From Thecamonas trahens ATCC 50062 (Eukaryota > Protista > Apusomonadida): a DNA stretch of 64,000 nt. Where the stretch lies: contig NW_013657644.1 in NCBI RefSeq assembly GCF_000142905.1, positions 239,697 through 303,696 on the forward strand, given 5' to 3'. Below the pieces are notes generated by a model. The model had not been told where the DNA came from. It searched no databases and saw nothing but the letters and a program-made list of their open reading frames with translations. The position numbers and the translations under genes are program-made. Every line of letters begins with the position of its first letter. Position 1 is the first letter of the stretch. Positions 1-10,918 of the stretch are shown here, piece after piece.

Positions 1-25
1 GGTTTTCGACCGCCTCTCGGCCTTT

Positions 26-3000
26 GTGGCTGGAGGGCTCAACCATTCGAATGAGCTCCAGTCGCTGCTGCGAGAGCGGCAGGCCATCGAGGTCAAGTAC
101 TACAAGGCGCTTGGCAAGCTGTATGCCACACACAAGACGTCGTCGCGTGATCGGCCGCTCTCTGCGGCGTGGGTCTCGACTCTCAAGGAGCTCAAGAAGA
201 ACGCAGCAGTCCACAACGAGCTCGCGGATGGCCTCGGAGCGCTTGCCAGTGCGCTTGCGGGGACTACGACCGAGTTTGAGAAGCAGAGTCGGACGTTTGT
301 GGGCGAGGGCTCCAAGTCGATCAAGTCGCTGCAGTCTGCGTACAACGCGGTGAAGAAGGCTGCCGGCGGTGCCGATTCGACGCAGGCGGAGCTTGCGGAC
401 GCGGTTCAGGCGTACAAGCGGGCGCAGGCCAACCACAAGGCGAAGGACAAGGAGGTGACCAAGCTCGAGCGCAAGGTGTCGAACCTGGAGGAGAAGCTCT
501 CCGATTCCAAGCTAGTGCTTGCCGAGAAGGAGAAGGCGTCGCGAACGCAGCAGACGATGCTGCTTGGCCTGCTGGACATTTTCCAGGAGACGTCTAACGT
601 GTTCAACCGGTCGTTCCGGGCACAGTACGCCGAGCTTGCGCTCTCGCTGGAACGTGCGGCGCAGTCAGGCTACTCGCTCGCGCATCAGATGCGGACCGAC
701 ATCGAGAACATCAACTCGCGGCAAGAGCTGACGTCGTTTGTGGTCGAGATGGCGGACGAGTCGGACGCGGCGTCGCGAGTCTCGGTCATGTCGCTTGTCA
801 ACCCGACGGTCAAGGGCCGGCTGATGCTCAAGGAGTCTGGCGAGCACGCGTCCAAGTTTAAGGAGTACTTTTGTGTGTTCATGGCTTCGCAGTCGCGGCT
901 GTACTGGTTTGCACACGAGGCTGCGAGCGAGCCCGTAGGCTCGCTCCTCATTCCGAGTGGTGAGGACGTGGTCGGCGCTCTGCATGCCTCGCTCTACGCG
1001 CGACCTTACGCGTTGATGGTGTGTGGCGGCGAGACGACGCTCCACCTGTGCGCACCGTCTCAGCACAACTACACAGCGTGGCTCCGGGCGCTGCGCGAGG
1101 CGACGATGGGGCCGTCGGCGCGCGAGAAGCTGGACCGCGATGGTGGCTTTGCCACCTCGCTCGAGGTGACCGTCGGCGAGCTCAAGGGCTTGACCAAGTC
1201 TGGCGAGTACTACAGCCTGCTTGGGTTTGGCGACCGGGTTGTGGCGCGGACGTCCAAGACCGAGACGACAAACAAGCCGCTGTGGGGCGACAAGTTTGCC
1301 TTTGAGGAGCTCCCTGCAGGCTCGTCGTCGCTCTCAATCAAGGTGTTCAAGGACAAGCACACGACCAAGGGTGACAAGTTCCGCGGGTGGGCGTCGGTTG
1401 AGCTCGCCTCGATTCGGCCCAACACCATGACCGAGGCGTGGTACCCATTCACGGCGGCTGCGAGCGGTGAGGAGGTCGGGCGGCTGCGGCTGAAGATCAA
1501 GCACACGGTGCTCATTGTGCGACCGCAGGATCACTACGCGGCGCTGTTCCAAGCCATCGACGCGGATCCTGCGCGGATGGTGGCGTTCTGCGAGATGGTG
1601 CCTGCGGCGCTGCGGCAGGTCACGGCCGGGCACCTGCTCCACGTCTACCACGCGCGCGGGCAGGTTGTGCCATTCCTCCACAAGCTCATTCACCACGAGA
1701 TCTCCAACACCAACGATCCGGGCATCATCTTCCGCGGCAACTCGCTGACGACCAAGGCGCTGGACCACTTTATGAAGATGGTGGGCATGGAGTACCTGCA
1801 CGCCACGCTCGGCCCGGTCATTGCGGATATCTACGCGTGCAAGGTCTCGTGCGAGGTCGACGCAAGCCTCACGCCCGAGTCAAACGTGCGCAAGGCGTGG
1901 AAGACACTCAACGGATTCATCTCGGACGCATGGAACGCTATCGTGCACTCAGCCGACTCGTGCCCGGCTGGAATGGTCTCGATCTTTAACGCGATTTCAC
2001 GGGCATGCGCGTCCAAATGGCCCGAGCCCGAGCACGCCAACGTGCGATACATTGCAGTCTCGGGTTTCCTCTTCCTTCGCTTCTTTGTGCCAGCCATCCT
2101 CACTCCCAAGGTCTTTGACTTTTCGTCGGAGCAGCCGTCCAAGACCTCGGCCCGCACACTCACTCTTGTGGCCAAGACCATCCAGAACCTGGGCAACCTC
2201 GTCCAGTTTGGCAAGAAGGAGGCCTTTATGGCCGATGCCAACCCGTTCATTGTGGAGAACATTGAGGCGTTCAAAACGTTCATCGACTCGGTATCGTCGC
2301 TCTTGGCCAACCCGTCGCTGGTCAAGGTTCACGTCGACGCGGACCCCATCGGCCAGCACGCGGCAGCGCTCGCTGACCTCCTTGTCCAGCACTTGGATCG
2401 ACTCGACGAGTCGCCTCTCACCCAGCCCATTGCCGCTGTCTTTCGTTCGGCGCCGCTCTCGGAGCCGTTCTTGCCCGATGGCATTGTCCTCCCGCCACCG
2501 CCCGAGGGCGGACCCGGCGTCGACGACGAAGCGCTGCCCCCGCCGCCGGCCGGTCCGCCGCCGCCCGACTCACCCGAGGTGCTGCCGCCGCCGCCAAGTT
2601 GCCCTCCGCCACCGACCTCGCCGCCGACCTCGCCGCCGTCGCTCACCATCGATGCGGCGGCCAGCCCGGCAGCGTCCGGGGCGTCGCCGCCGGAACGACC
2701 ACCACCGCTCTCACCGGCATCAGCAATGATGGCGACGGCCGCGCCGCCACCGGAACGGCCGAAACGGGCGTCAACGATGCCGGCGACGGCGCAGCCGCCA
2801 GTGATCCGCGGGCGGTCAACGATGCCGTCGGGCGACGCGCAGAGCCAGTCTGCGGTGCTCGCGGCGGAGCTTTCCCAGCCGCGGCGCGGAGGCGGTGGCG
2901 CGGTGACGCTGGCGCGTGGCGTCAAGCCGCCCAAACTGCCCAAGCCGGCTGCGGCGCGACCACGGCGACAGTCGCTCAGCGGTGCGCTGGCCAGCAGTGG

Positions 3001-3103
3001 CGACGCCGGCTTGCCGCTGCCGAGCCCGCTCGAGCCGCCGAGCTCGCACGCTGCACCCCGTAGACCGCCCGAGCTCAAGCCGCCGTCGACAGCCGATCTG
3101 TAG
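26..3103 (+). CDS. Ras GTPase-activating protein: F-BAR-like coiled coil, PH, C2, RasGAP, proline-rich tail (5' end probably outside the window)
   Basis: RasGAP motifs IIFRGNSLTTK, FLFLRFFVPAILTPK and TLTLVAKTIQNLGN. PH (GRLMLK...YFCVF...AWLRALRE), C2 (NKPLWGDKFAF...VFKD), N-terminal ERQAIEVKYYKAL helical region, PxxP-rich C-terminus. No ATG at the ORF start. Confidence 0.9.
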   Translation: MAGGLNHSNELQSLLRERQAIEVKYYKALGKLYATHKTSSRDRPLSAAWVSTLKELKKNAAVHNELADGLGALASALAGTTTEFEKQSRTFVGEGSKSIKSLQSAYNAVKKAAGGADSTQAELADAVQAYKRAQANHKAKDKEVTKLERKVSNLEEKLSDSKLVLAEKEKASRTQQTMLLGLLDIFQETSNVFNRSFRAQYAELALSLERAAQSGYSLAHQMRTDIENINSRQELTSFVVEMADESDAASRVSVMSLVNPTVKGRLMLKESGEHASKFKEYFCVFMASQSRLYWFAHEAASEPVGSLLIPSGEDVVGALHASLYARPYALMVCGGETTLHLCAPSQHNYTAWLRALREATMGPSAREKLDRDGGFATSLEVTVGELKGLTKSGEYYSLLGFGDRVVARTSKTETTNKPLWGDKFAFEELPAGSSSLSIKVFKDKHTTKGDKFRGWASVELASIRPNTMTEAWYPFTAAASGEEVGRLRLKIKHTVLIVRPQDHYAALFQAIDADPARMVAFCEMVPAALRQVTAGHLLHVYHARGQVVPFLHKLIHHEISNTNDPGIIFRGNSLTTKALDHFMKMVGMEYLHATLGPVIADIYACKVSCEVDASLTPESNVRKAWKTLNGFISDAWNAIVHSADSCPAGMVSIFNAISRACASKWPEPEHANVRYIAVSGFLFLRFFVPAILTPKVFDFSSEQPSKTSARTLTLVAKTIQNLGNLVQFGKKEAFMADANPFIVENIEAFKTFIDSVSSLLANPSLVKVHVDADPIGQHAAALADLLVQHLDRLDESPLTQPIAAVFRSAPLSEPFLPDGIVLPPPPEGGPGVDDEALPPPPAGPPPPDSPEVLPPPPSCPPPPTSPPTSPPSLTIDAAASPAASGASPPERPPPLSPASAMMATAAPPPERPKRASTMPATAQPPVIRGRSTMPSGDAQSQSAVLAAELSQPRRGGGGAVTLARGVKPPKLPKPAAARPRRQSLSGALASSGDAGLPLPSPLEPPSSHAAPRRPPELKPPSTADL

Positions 3104-3129
3104 CGGGTGCATGTACGGGCGGGACGGGT

Positions 3130-4580
3130 TTATGAAGACGCAGCTGCGGCCGGGAACGACTCGTGGAGAGTGGCGTCGATGGCGGCAAAGTGGGTAAAGT
3201 AGGCCTCAAAGAGAGCGATGGCGAGAGCCGGATCGCGCGAGCCGCACATCTCGCGGGCCGAGTGCATGGAGAGCTGCGGGTTGCCCATATCGACGGTGCG
3301 GACGCCGAGGTGGGCCGAGGTCATGGGCCCGATGGTGGAGCCACAGGGGATGTCGTTGCGGCAGGCAAAGGCCTGGAGCGGGACGTCGGCGCGAGCGGCG
3401 ACCTCCTTGAGGATGGCGGCTGAGACGCCGGTGGTCGCGTAGCGCTCGCGGGCGTTGTACTTGATGACCGGGCCCTTGTTCATGGCTGGACGCGAGGTGT
3501 CCGGGTGCTTGGAGCGGTAGTTGGGGTGGGCGGCGTGGGCCATATCGGCTGAGACGAAGAACGACTTGCGGATGGTGCGGTCGTAGAGCGACGAGAGCTG
3601 GACGTCGGGCGAGCCAGCGGCGGCGGCAGCCTCTGCAAGGCCGTGGATGATACGCTCGACAAGGCGCTGGAGCAGGTTCGAGTTGGCGCCGTGTTCCGAC
3701 TGCGAGCCGACCTCCTCGTTGTCAAAGAGGGCGACAAGGCGGACGTTGGTGTCGTCGGCGAGCGAGTCGAGCGAGCCAAGCAGGCCGCGGAGGCCGCAGA
3801 ACGACATCATGAGGTTGTCGAGCTGCGAGGCAAAGATAAACTCGTTCTGGGCGCCGCCGAGCGTCCCGTCCTGCACATCGTACATGACGAGGTCAAAGTC
3901 GACAATGGCGTCGCGCGCGAGGCCAGCACACCCGTCTTCAGCAGCCAGCGCCTCGAGAAGGACATCGAGGAGGACGGTCGAATGGCCGAGCGAGACCTCA
4001 AACTCGGTGTCCGAGGTGGCGGCGGCGCCGGCGGGCGCGTCGTCGGTGGCAAAGGCAAGCTGGAAGGCCGAGCCGAGGACCGGCAGGAGCTCCGTCTCGG
4101 CGTTGAATGAGAAGCCCGAGTTGACCTTGCGGTCAAGATGGATGGCCAGGGTCGGGACGCGAAGCAGCGGGCGGTGGACGCGGACAAGGTGCGAGCCGAG
4201 CGAGCCATCGGCCTTGCGGACGACGACGCGGCCGGCGAGACCAAGGTCGCGATCAAACCACGAGTGAAGGATAGGCCCGCCATAGACCTCGACGCCGACA
4301 GTGAGCAGACCCTCGGAGGCCTTGTGCGAGATGGGCTTGACCTTGAGGCACGGCGAGTCGGTGTGAGCGCCGAGCATGGTAAAACCCGCTCCGGGCGTGT
4401 ACCCGCCACCGACGGCAAAGGCCATGACAGCCGACTGATTGCGGGTGACAAAGTACTTGCCGCCGGTCTCGAGCGTCCACACCTCTCCCTCGGCCAGCTC
4501 CACAAACCCAGCACCGAGCAGAGTCTCCCTTGTCGTTGCCACAGCGTGGAAAGCCGACGGCGAGGCGTTGATAAAGTCCA
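3130..4580 (-). CDS. DNPEP: Aspartyl aminopeptidase (M18 family); main exon, first exon probably in the N-gap
   Basis: Motifs SPSAFHAV, GAHTDSPCLKVKP, LDNL, FDNEEVGS, SADMAHAAHPNY, CGSTIGP and QLSMHSARE. Acceptor cag|TG GAC at 4581/4580. Confidence 0.93.
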
Positions 4581-5032
4581 CTGCAGCTGATGCGGTGGCG
4601 AGTGTCGGCGACGATGACGACTGTGTGTGTGTGTGGTGGGGGGTNNNNNNNNNNNNNNNNNNNNNNNNNNNNNNNNNNNNNNNNNNNNNNNNNNNNNNNN
4701 NNNNNNNNNNNNNNNNNNNNNNNNNNNNNNNNNNNNNNNNNNNNATCGACCCCCTTCGACCAGGGACGACGCCTTTATTCGCCTGGTCCAGAGGGCCAGA
4801 TTCAAGACCACCCGCCTACGAGAGCATCGGGGCGCGCATACATCAGGATGCGCTGGACGCCTACCGCTAGCAGCTGAACTTAAATCTGGTTCCTCAGCCT
4901 AATTTTGGCTCGACCGCGGGACCGATGACGGTGTCGACATCAACGGAGCTCTGCACGGTGATAACGAAGTCAAAGTCGCCGACATCGGCACAGACGACAG
5001 AAGGTATTTGGGGGTGGGTGGGTATGTGCATG

Positions 5033-5035
5033 TGC

Positions 5036-5080
<45 letters not shown>
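5033..5080. repeat. (TA)n(TG)n microsatellite
   Basis: Seen directly in the sequence. Confidence 0.9.
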
Positions 5081-5161
5081 CCTACCATTGTATGGGTGCT
5101 TGTGTTTGGAGAGATGTGTACCTTGGAGGTGACGGTGTCGTCGGCGTGAGTCCACGTGACA

Positions 5162-6736
5162 TCATGGCTTCTTCGGTTTGGCCTGTGGGTTCGTTTTGCT
5201 CATGTCTTCGTCCTCGGCTAGAGTGGGGAGAGGATCATACGTTCTCTCATTGTTGATGCTGATGTTGATGTTGTTATGGGCATGGGTAGGTATGGGCAAG
5301 GGATTGGTGGTGTCGGACGGTGACTAGGCGGATGGCGACTAGGTGGACCCACTGCTGCTGGCGTGACCATCGGCAAGGTGGCCGACACAGTCATCCGCCG
5401 CAAGACTGTGACTGGCTGTGGTAAAGTCAATGAGGTGGACAGTGGCGTTGTGCAGGTGGGCGATGACGATTGCCGGGCCAATGAGGAGGAGGGCAGCGAG
5501 CGGCGCACCGAGCGAGGGCGTGGCGACGAGCGGGGCAGACGGCGGCGAGTCGGGCGTGCCTAGGTCCCAAAAGACAAGCCGACCATCAGCGCCACCGGTG
5601 ATGAGGCCGTTGAGCGCAGGGACAAGGACGAGCGCAGCAATGAGGACCGGTTCACCGCAGGCGCGCCACTGCACTGCCCGCGACTCGAGATCCCAGCACA
5701 CCACCGAGCCATCCGAGGCCCCGCCGTAGACGGCACCGCCATGCGCCGCCAAAGCAGTGGTGCGGAAGCTGCCAGAGCCGGACGGGCGGGCCAGCTCGCC
5801 GACGAGAGTCAGGCCGGCAGTCTCCCAAACGCGGACGGCGCCCGGATGGGCTGTGACGATGCGGTGGCTGCTAGGGATCGAGCAGGCGGCATAGACAAAC
5901 TCGTTTGGAGCAGCTGCGGTGAGTTCGAGCGTGGTGGCGGCGAGCAATCCATCAACAGCGTCGAGAACAAGCGCCTCGCCGTCGCGCCAGAACAGCAGCA
6001 GCCGCGCCGTGTCCGGGTCGAGGGCGAGGGCGCCGGCTGGCGGCCCGCGATCAGCAAGTCCCGGCGGCGGCAGCAGGCGCCAGATGACCGAACCGAGACC
6101 ATCGGCAGTAGCATGCTCCACGTCTGACCCCTCGTTCGAATCCTTGTCGTCATCCGAGTCTGAGTCTGAGGCTGCAAAAGCGGCGCCGACCGCAGCCGAG
6201 GCGGCGGTGATGATCGGGCTGTCTGCACCTTGCGCCACGGCGGCCGCCACCGCACGGGCTGAGTTGCGCTCGTCGATGTGAACAACTGAGCCGTACGGCC
6301 CTGCCACAAGGAGAGCCTCACCCACAACTACACCATACCCGGCCGGAGCCAGCGGCTGGAGCGGGCAGAGGAGGGTGGTGGCTGGCAGGAGCGGGTCGAC
6401 CATGCGGATGCCAGCCCGCGGGGCGGCGACAACAACGACGTCTGCGACAGAGCACACAGCCTGGGCCTCGCCAGGCAGCAGCGTCACACTAGGCCTCGCA
6501 CACGCCCATGTCGTGGCGGCTACCGCTGCGCGACCGTACCAGGCTCGGCTGCAGCCGGCGGCAGCTGTCGACGGCCTTGGCCAGAAAGGATAGTCACGGG
6601 CAAGCAGGCTCACCCAGAGCAGACCATCAGAACAGAGGGCATGCATACGGGTGCATGTGGCGGCAAGGCGGCATACACTTGGGCCATCAAGCTGCCATGC
6701 GATGGCATGAACGAGTTCGATGGGGAGATCGATCAT
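5162..6736 (-). CDS. F-box/WD40-repeat protein (unspliced stop at 5339; possible terminal exon 5162-5217 after intron 5218-5352)
   Basis: N-terminal F-box MIDLPIELVHAIAWQL...LAATCTRM...LW. WD repeats GGASDGSVVCWD and TGGADGRLVFWD. Donor A|gtgggt and acceptor ctctag| give an in-frame TEDEDMSKTNPQAKPKKP* tail. Confidence 0.8.
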
Positions 6737-6784
6737 TATCCATTGCGGCAGCAGTGGAGCAGGTGGGGGGCTGAGAGCTGTTAC

Positions 6785-6972
6785 GGCTGTTTGTTCGAAT
6801 CGTTCGTTCGGATTGTTGGCAAGAATCGTTGGCAAGAATCGTTGGCTGTTGCTTGTTCGAATCGTTCGTTCGGATTGTTGGCAAGAATCGTTGGCAAGAA
6901 TCGTTGGCTGTTGTTCGTTCGAATCGTTCGTTCGAATCTTTGGCAAGAATCGTTGGCTGTTGTGTGTTCGTT
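6785..6972. repeat. Tandem minisatellite, about 62 bp x3, built of atcgttcgttcg / ggcaagaatcgtt subunits, just upstream of the F-box gene
   Basis: Unit ttgttcgaatcgttcgttcggattgttggcaagaatcgttggcaagaatcgttggctgttg occurs at 6791 and 6853, with a degenerate copy near 6915. Confidence 0.9.
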
Positions 6973-7683
6973 ATCATCCGTTAACGGCACCCCCTCTCTC
7001 ACACATTTGTACGTTTGCCGTTGCGCGCCGGTTTCTTTGCTGCCCTTTTGCAGCCGATATGGCTTGGTCACGCCACAGCTCCCCGACCGCCTCTGTGAAG
7101 CACTTTCTGGAAGTACCAAGGGGCATGCAGTAGTGACGTAGATGGAGTTGCCTCGCATACCGTGGTGTGTGTGTGTGGTGGGTGGGGGGGGGGGGNNNNN
7201 NNNNNNNNNNNNNNNNNNNNNNNNNNNNNNNNNNNNNNNNNNNNNNNNNNNNNNNNNNNNNNNNNNNNNNNNNNNNNNNNNNNNNNNNNNNNNNNTTGCG
7301 AAGCAGGCCTGGCTTTTTAGCAAGAGTGGGCGCCCAGTATAGTGTGGATGCACACGACCCGCGCCGCGCGGCGAGCGGAGCGGTCTTGTGGGCGAAGCCG
7401 AGCGGCCTCCGCCCTGACACTGACGGGACGTTGCTGGCGGTGCCGGTTGTAGCGGCGGTTGCGGTAGCAGGTGTGGGGGGGGGGAGGGGGGCGAGCAGCA
7501 GCTGGTGTTGCCGCTTTGCCAGGGGGTGTGGTGCGGGACAACCGACAGCGACCTGTGGAAAGGCCTTTTTTTTTTTCTTGCGACCGTTTTTCGCTCGCCA
7601 ACAGCCCATATCCCACGCTGACGCGTGCGCAGCAAGGCAAGCCAGCCATTAGCTCACCAACAACTTTGGGGCATTTGCAGATC

Positions 7684-8322
7684 ATGTCCAAGAAGTCGTC
7701 CAAGAAGTCCGGCAAGTCGTCCAAGTCGTCCAAGAAGTCGTCGAAGAAGTCCAAGTCGACCAAGTCGTCCAAGGCCTCGTCGGTCGCCCCTGGCTTCGGC
7801 TTTGGCGGCTACCCCGGCTACGGCTACGGCCAGCAGTTCGGCGGCTTCCCGCAGCAGCAGTTCGGCGGCTTCCCGCAGCAGCAGTTCGGCGGCGAGTTCT
7901 CGCAGTTCGGCGGCTTCCCGCAGCAGCAGCAGTTCGGCGGCGAGTTCTCGCAGTTCGGCGGCTTCCCGCAGCAGCAGCAGTTCGGCGGTGAGTTCTCGCA
8001 GTTCGGCGGCTTCCCGCAGCAGCAGCAGTTCGGCGGCGAGTTCTCGCAGTTCGGCGGCTTCCCGCAGCAGCAGCAGTTCGGCGGCTTCCCGCAGCAGTTC
8101 GGCGGCTTCCCGCAGCAGCAGTTTGGCGGCTACCCGGTCGCTGACGGCTCCGGCTACGAGGCGCAGCAGTTCGGCGGCTACGGCCAGCAGTTCGGCGGCT
8201 TCCCGCAGCAGCAGTTCGGCGGCTTCCCGCAGCAGCAGTTCGGCGGCTTCCCGCAGCAGCAGTTCGGCGGCTACGGCCAGTACCCCGGCTACGGCTACGG
8301 TGCTCCCGCCCAGCAGGAGTAA
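7684..8322 (+). CDS. Low-complexity protein: K/S-rich N-terminus plus (QQQFGGFP / QFGGEFS) repeats
   Basis: ATG at 7684, very strong C/G-ending codon bias like RPL3, tandem coding repeats, stop TAA at 8322. Confidence 0.8.
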   Translation: MSKKSSKKSGKSSKSSKKSSKKSKSTKSSKASSVAPGFGFGGYPGYGYGQQFGGFPQQQFGGFPQQQFGGEFSQFGGFPQQQQFGGEFSQFGGFPQQQQFGGEFSQFGGFPQQQQFGGEFSQFGGFPQQQQFGGFPQQFGGFPQQQFGGYPVADGSGYEAQQFGGYGQQFGGFPQQQFGGFPQQQFGGFPQQQFGGYGQYPGYGYGAPAQQE

Positions 8323-8583
8323 CTTGTTTGCCCCTTCTGTCTTGATTGCTGTCGTCGGCGCGTGAGCATCGACGCAGCCCGTCAAACTCTTCTAGCCTTT
8401 ACACCTTTGTTCTCTCTGTCCTCTCTCTTCTCCCCTCTTTCCCCTAATCACCGTGTTTGCTCCGGCCGAGCCGCGCCGTCCCAAAGTGTGACACCGTCTT
8501 TCCCCTCCCCCAACCACTCCACCCCACCTCCCCCCCCTCCCCCTCCCCCTTCCCAACCTTCTCCTCTCACATACTCTCAACCT

Positions 8584-9681
8584 ATGTCCGCGGTACCGCC
8601 CGGAAGGACGACACGCGCCGGCTGGGCCTACAACTCGGCAACTCTCGAGTACACACTCGCATGTGCCGTCGGCGAAGAACTGCACCTGCCTCCACCGCCT
8701 GCTGCCGGCACACTTCCTTCCTGGCTTCGTCCTACTGCCGCACACACATCGTCATACATCCTTGTCACACGCTCGCTATCTCTTGCCGGCGAGGCCGCCG
8801 CTGGTCGCTACCCGCTTGAGCCGCACCCAGACATCGGCTGGATCCCACGCTCATGCCTCGCGCTCGCCATCGTGCCTGCAGCTGCTGGTCTTGGTGACCG
8901 AGGCTCAGGCGAGCCGGACGTGGCGCAGAACGACAATATCTGGCAGGCGCTCGTTGAGCAGGCGTACGAGTGGTTTGTCGAGATGGCGACTGCCTTTGGC
9001 CTCGGACCATCGCATCCTGGCACAAGTGACGAGGTTGCCGGCGCAAGCGGCACCAGCGGCGATGATCGGCTGCCCACCATAAGCGGCTTGCCGCTGGCGG
9101 TCGTGGTCGCGATCAACCCATCGCAGGCCCAACCTGGTGTGCCGGAGCTCCTCGCTGCTGCGCTCGACTTTGTTGAGGCTAACGCGCTAGACGAGGAAGG
9201 CCTGTTTCGGATCAACGGATACATCAGGCAGCGGAAGCAGGCGCTCGCCGCCCTCGATCCGCAGATGCTTGCTGGAGCGCGGGTCCAGTTTTTGGTTGAT
9301 CCGGCAAGTGCGACCGATAGCGGGACCGACGCTGTGGTCCGCGACGGTGAGACTGTGCTCATCACACTGCCGTGCGTGCACACCGTTGCCTCACTAGTCA
9401 AGCACATCATCCGCGCGCTGCCCGAGCCGCTCATCAACGACGACGCGGTACGAATCCTGACCAGCGACAACGATGGCACGGGTGCACGATGGGAGCTGCT
9501 CGAAGCTGCAATCCCGTTTGAGGCGTACGCGCTGCTCAAGCGGCTGGCGAGGCACCTGGCAGCGGTTGTGGCCCATGAGGCCAGCAACCGTATGTCGGCC
9601 TCTGCGATCTCGATAGTCTTTGCCGGAACGATGGACGTCCCGCGCGAGGCTGTCATTGGCTTGCTGCAGGAGGCTCTGTGA
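8584..9681 (+). CDS. RhoGAP-domain protein with a degenerate N-terminal SH3-like segment
   Basis: RhoGAP motifs LDEEGLFRING (arginine finger), HTVASLVKHIIRALPEPLI and NRMSASAISIVFA. N-terminal RAGWAY...LACAVGEEL...GWIPRSCL is SH3-like. Confidence 0.85.
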   Translation: MSAVPPGRTTRAGWAYNSATLEYTLACAVGEELHLPPPPAAGTLPSWLRPTAAHTSSYILVTRSLSLAGEAAAGRYPLEPHPDIGWIPRSCLALAIVPAAAGLGDRGSGEPDVAQNDNIWQALVEQAYEWFVEMATAFGLGPSHPGTSDEVAGASGTSGDDRLPTISGLPLAVVVAINPSQAQPGVPELLAAALDFVEANALDEEGLFRINGYIRQRKQALAALDPQMLAGARVQFLVDPASATDSGTDAVVRDGETVLITLPCVHTVASLVKHIIRALPEPLINDDAVRILTSDNDGTGARWELLEAAIPFEAYALLKRLARHLAAVVAHEASNRMSASAISIVFAGTMDVPREAVIGLLQEAL

Positions 9682-9887
9682 TGTGTTTACGCCAGCATGC
9701 CGAGAGCGGCAGCACGGCCCGAGGGCTGAAAGTGGCAGCGCGGCCCGTTCACGGGGCATGCGTTGCCGCGGGGAGATGTGCGTGCGAGATGCGGCGGCAG
9801 CGCCGTCAGCCACACACACTGCCAGCCGACCACAGATAAAGTCGTGCAGCCGGGCAGCGAGGGCGATCAAGGGAGAAAGTCGCAGGC

Positions 9888-10705
9888 TCACGAGGCCTTG
9901 TAGAGAAGGACGCTCAGATTGCCGCCGTGGTACATATGCAGCAGATGCTGGACCTCATAGGTGACTTCAAAGCCAAAGCCCTGGCCGATGATGCAGTGCC
10001 AGGATGCGCCGTAGCGCTTGTCCATGACATCGGTGATCATCCTCGCCGCCGAGTCGTACTGGTTGTTGAACTTTTCCAGTGCTGTGATGACCGACTCCAT
10101 AGCGTCCAGCCGCATGTCCTCGTTCATATCCGAGTGCTGTTGTCATGGGTAGTGAGCGAGTGAGTGAGTGTGTTGACATCATCAACATGCCTGTGATGTC
10201 GCCGGGGCGAGTCGTGATGAGCACCCAGGCAAGGATCACATCACAGTACCCATAGCATCCACTCTCAAGCCAGCAGAGACACAGGTACCACATCATCATC
10301 AGCTGGGGCGGAGGGGGAGAAGGGGGGGTGTGGAGACCGACACAGCACACGACCGACCGCCAACAGCAAGACACCAGCAAGCAGCAGCAAGCAGCAGCCA
10401 CCGTACCCACAGTCACCATAGTCACCATCCACCATACCAACTTTGACGTTTCTACCCCCACTTCCCCACCACCTTCCCCTAATCCCCCCCCCCCCCCTTA
10501 CCCCCTACCCCCCCCCCCTGCCCCTGCCCCACGGCGCCAAAAATCAGCCATACGGCCCCCTCCCCCCCCGTTCCCGTTCACCCGCCACCACCACCACCAC
10601 CACCACCACCACCACCACCAGCATCACCACCAGTACCACTACCCTAGCACATACCTTGACAAGACCGTAGTTCATCTCACGGCGGATGTCCACCGGCTCG
10701 TCCAT
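9888..10705 (-). CDS. DNAL4: Axonemal dynein light chain 4 (LC8 family); exons 10655-10705 and 9888-10136
   Basis: Spliced protein MDEPVDIRREMNYGLVK|HSDMNEDMR...MDKRYGASWHCIIGQGFGFEVTYEV. Canonical gtatgt...acag intron in phase 0. Confidence 0.9.
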
Positions 10706-10918
10706 GCTGACTGTGCTTGGATGGAGTGAGGTGGTGATGTCGGTAGGTGGCGGTTGGCTCGGCCGTAGGAAGAGGGAGGGGGGGCGCTGGCTGGCCGTGA
10801 TTGGGCTGGAAGCGGTTAGGCGGGCTGGGCTGGGCTGGGCTAGCTGGTTGGGGGGGCACACCAACTACAGATCGCACATGCATGTGGGATGTGTTTGGGG
10901 GGGGGGGTATGCTAGCGG

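Noticed and set aside
4745-5160. Possible gene fragments beside the first gap
   Set aside because: Short frames with no recognisable motif. Cannot be resolved because of the N-gap.
6737-6946. N-terminal repeat extension of the F-box ORF in the ORF track
   Set aside because: It is translation through the minisatellite. The F-box begins at the ATG at 6736.
6785-6972. CRISPR-like array
   Set aside because: The units are contiguous with no unique spacers, there are no cas genes, and the context is eukaryotic. It is a minisatellite.
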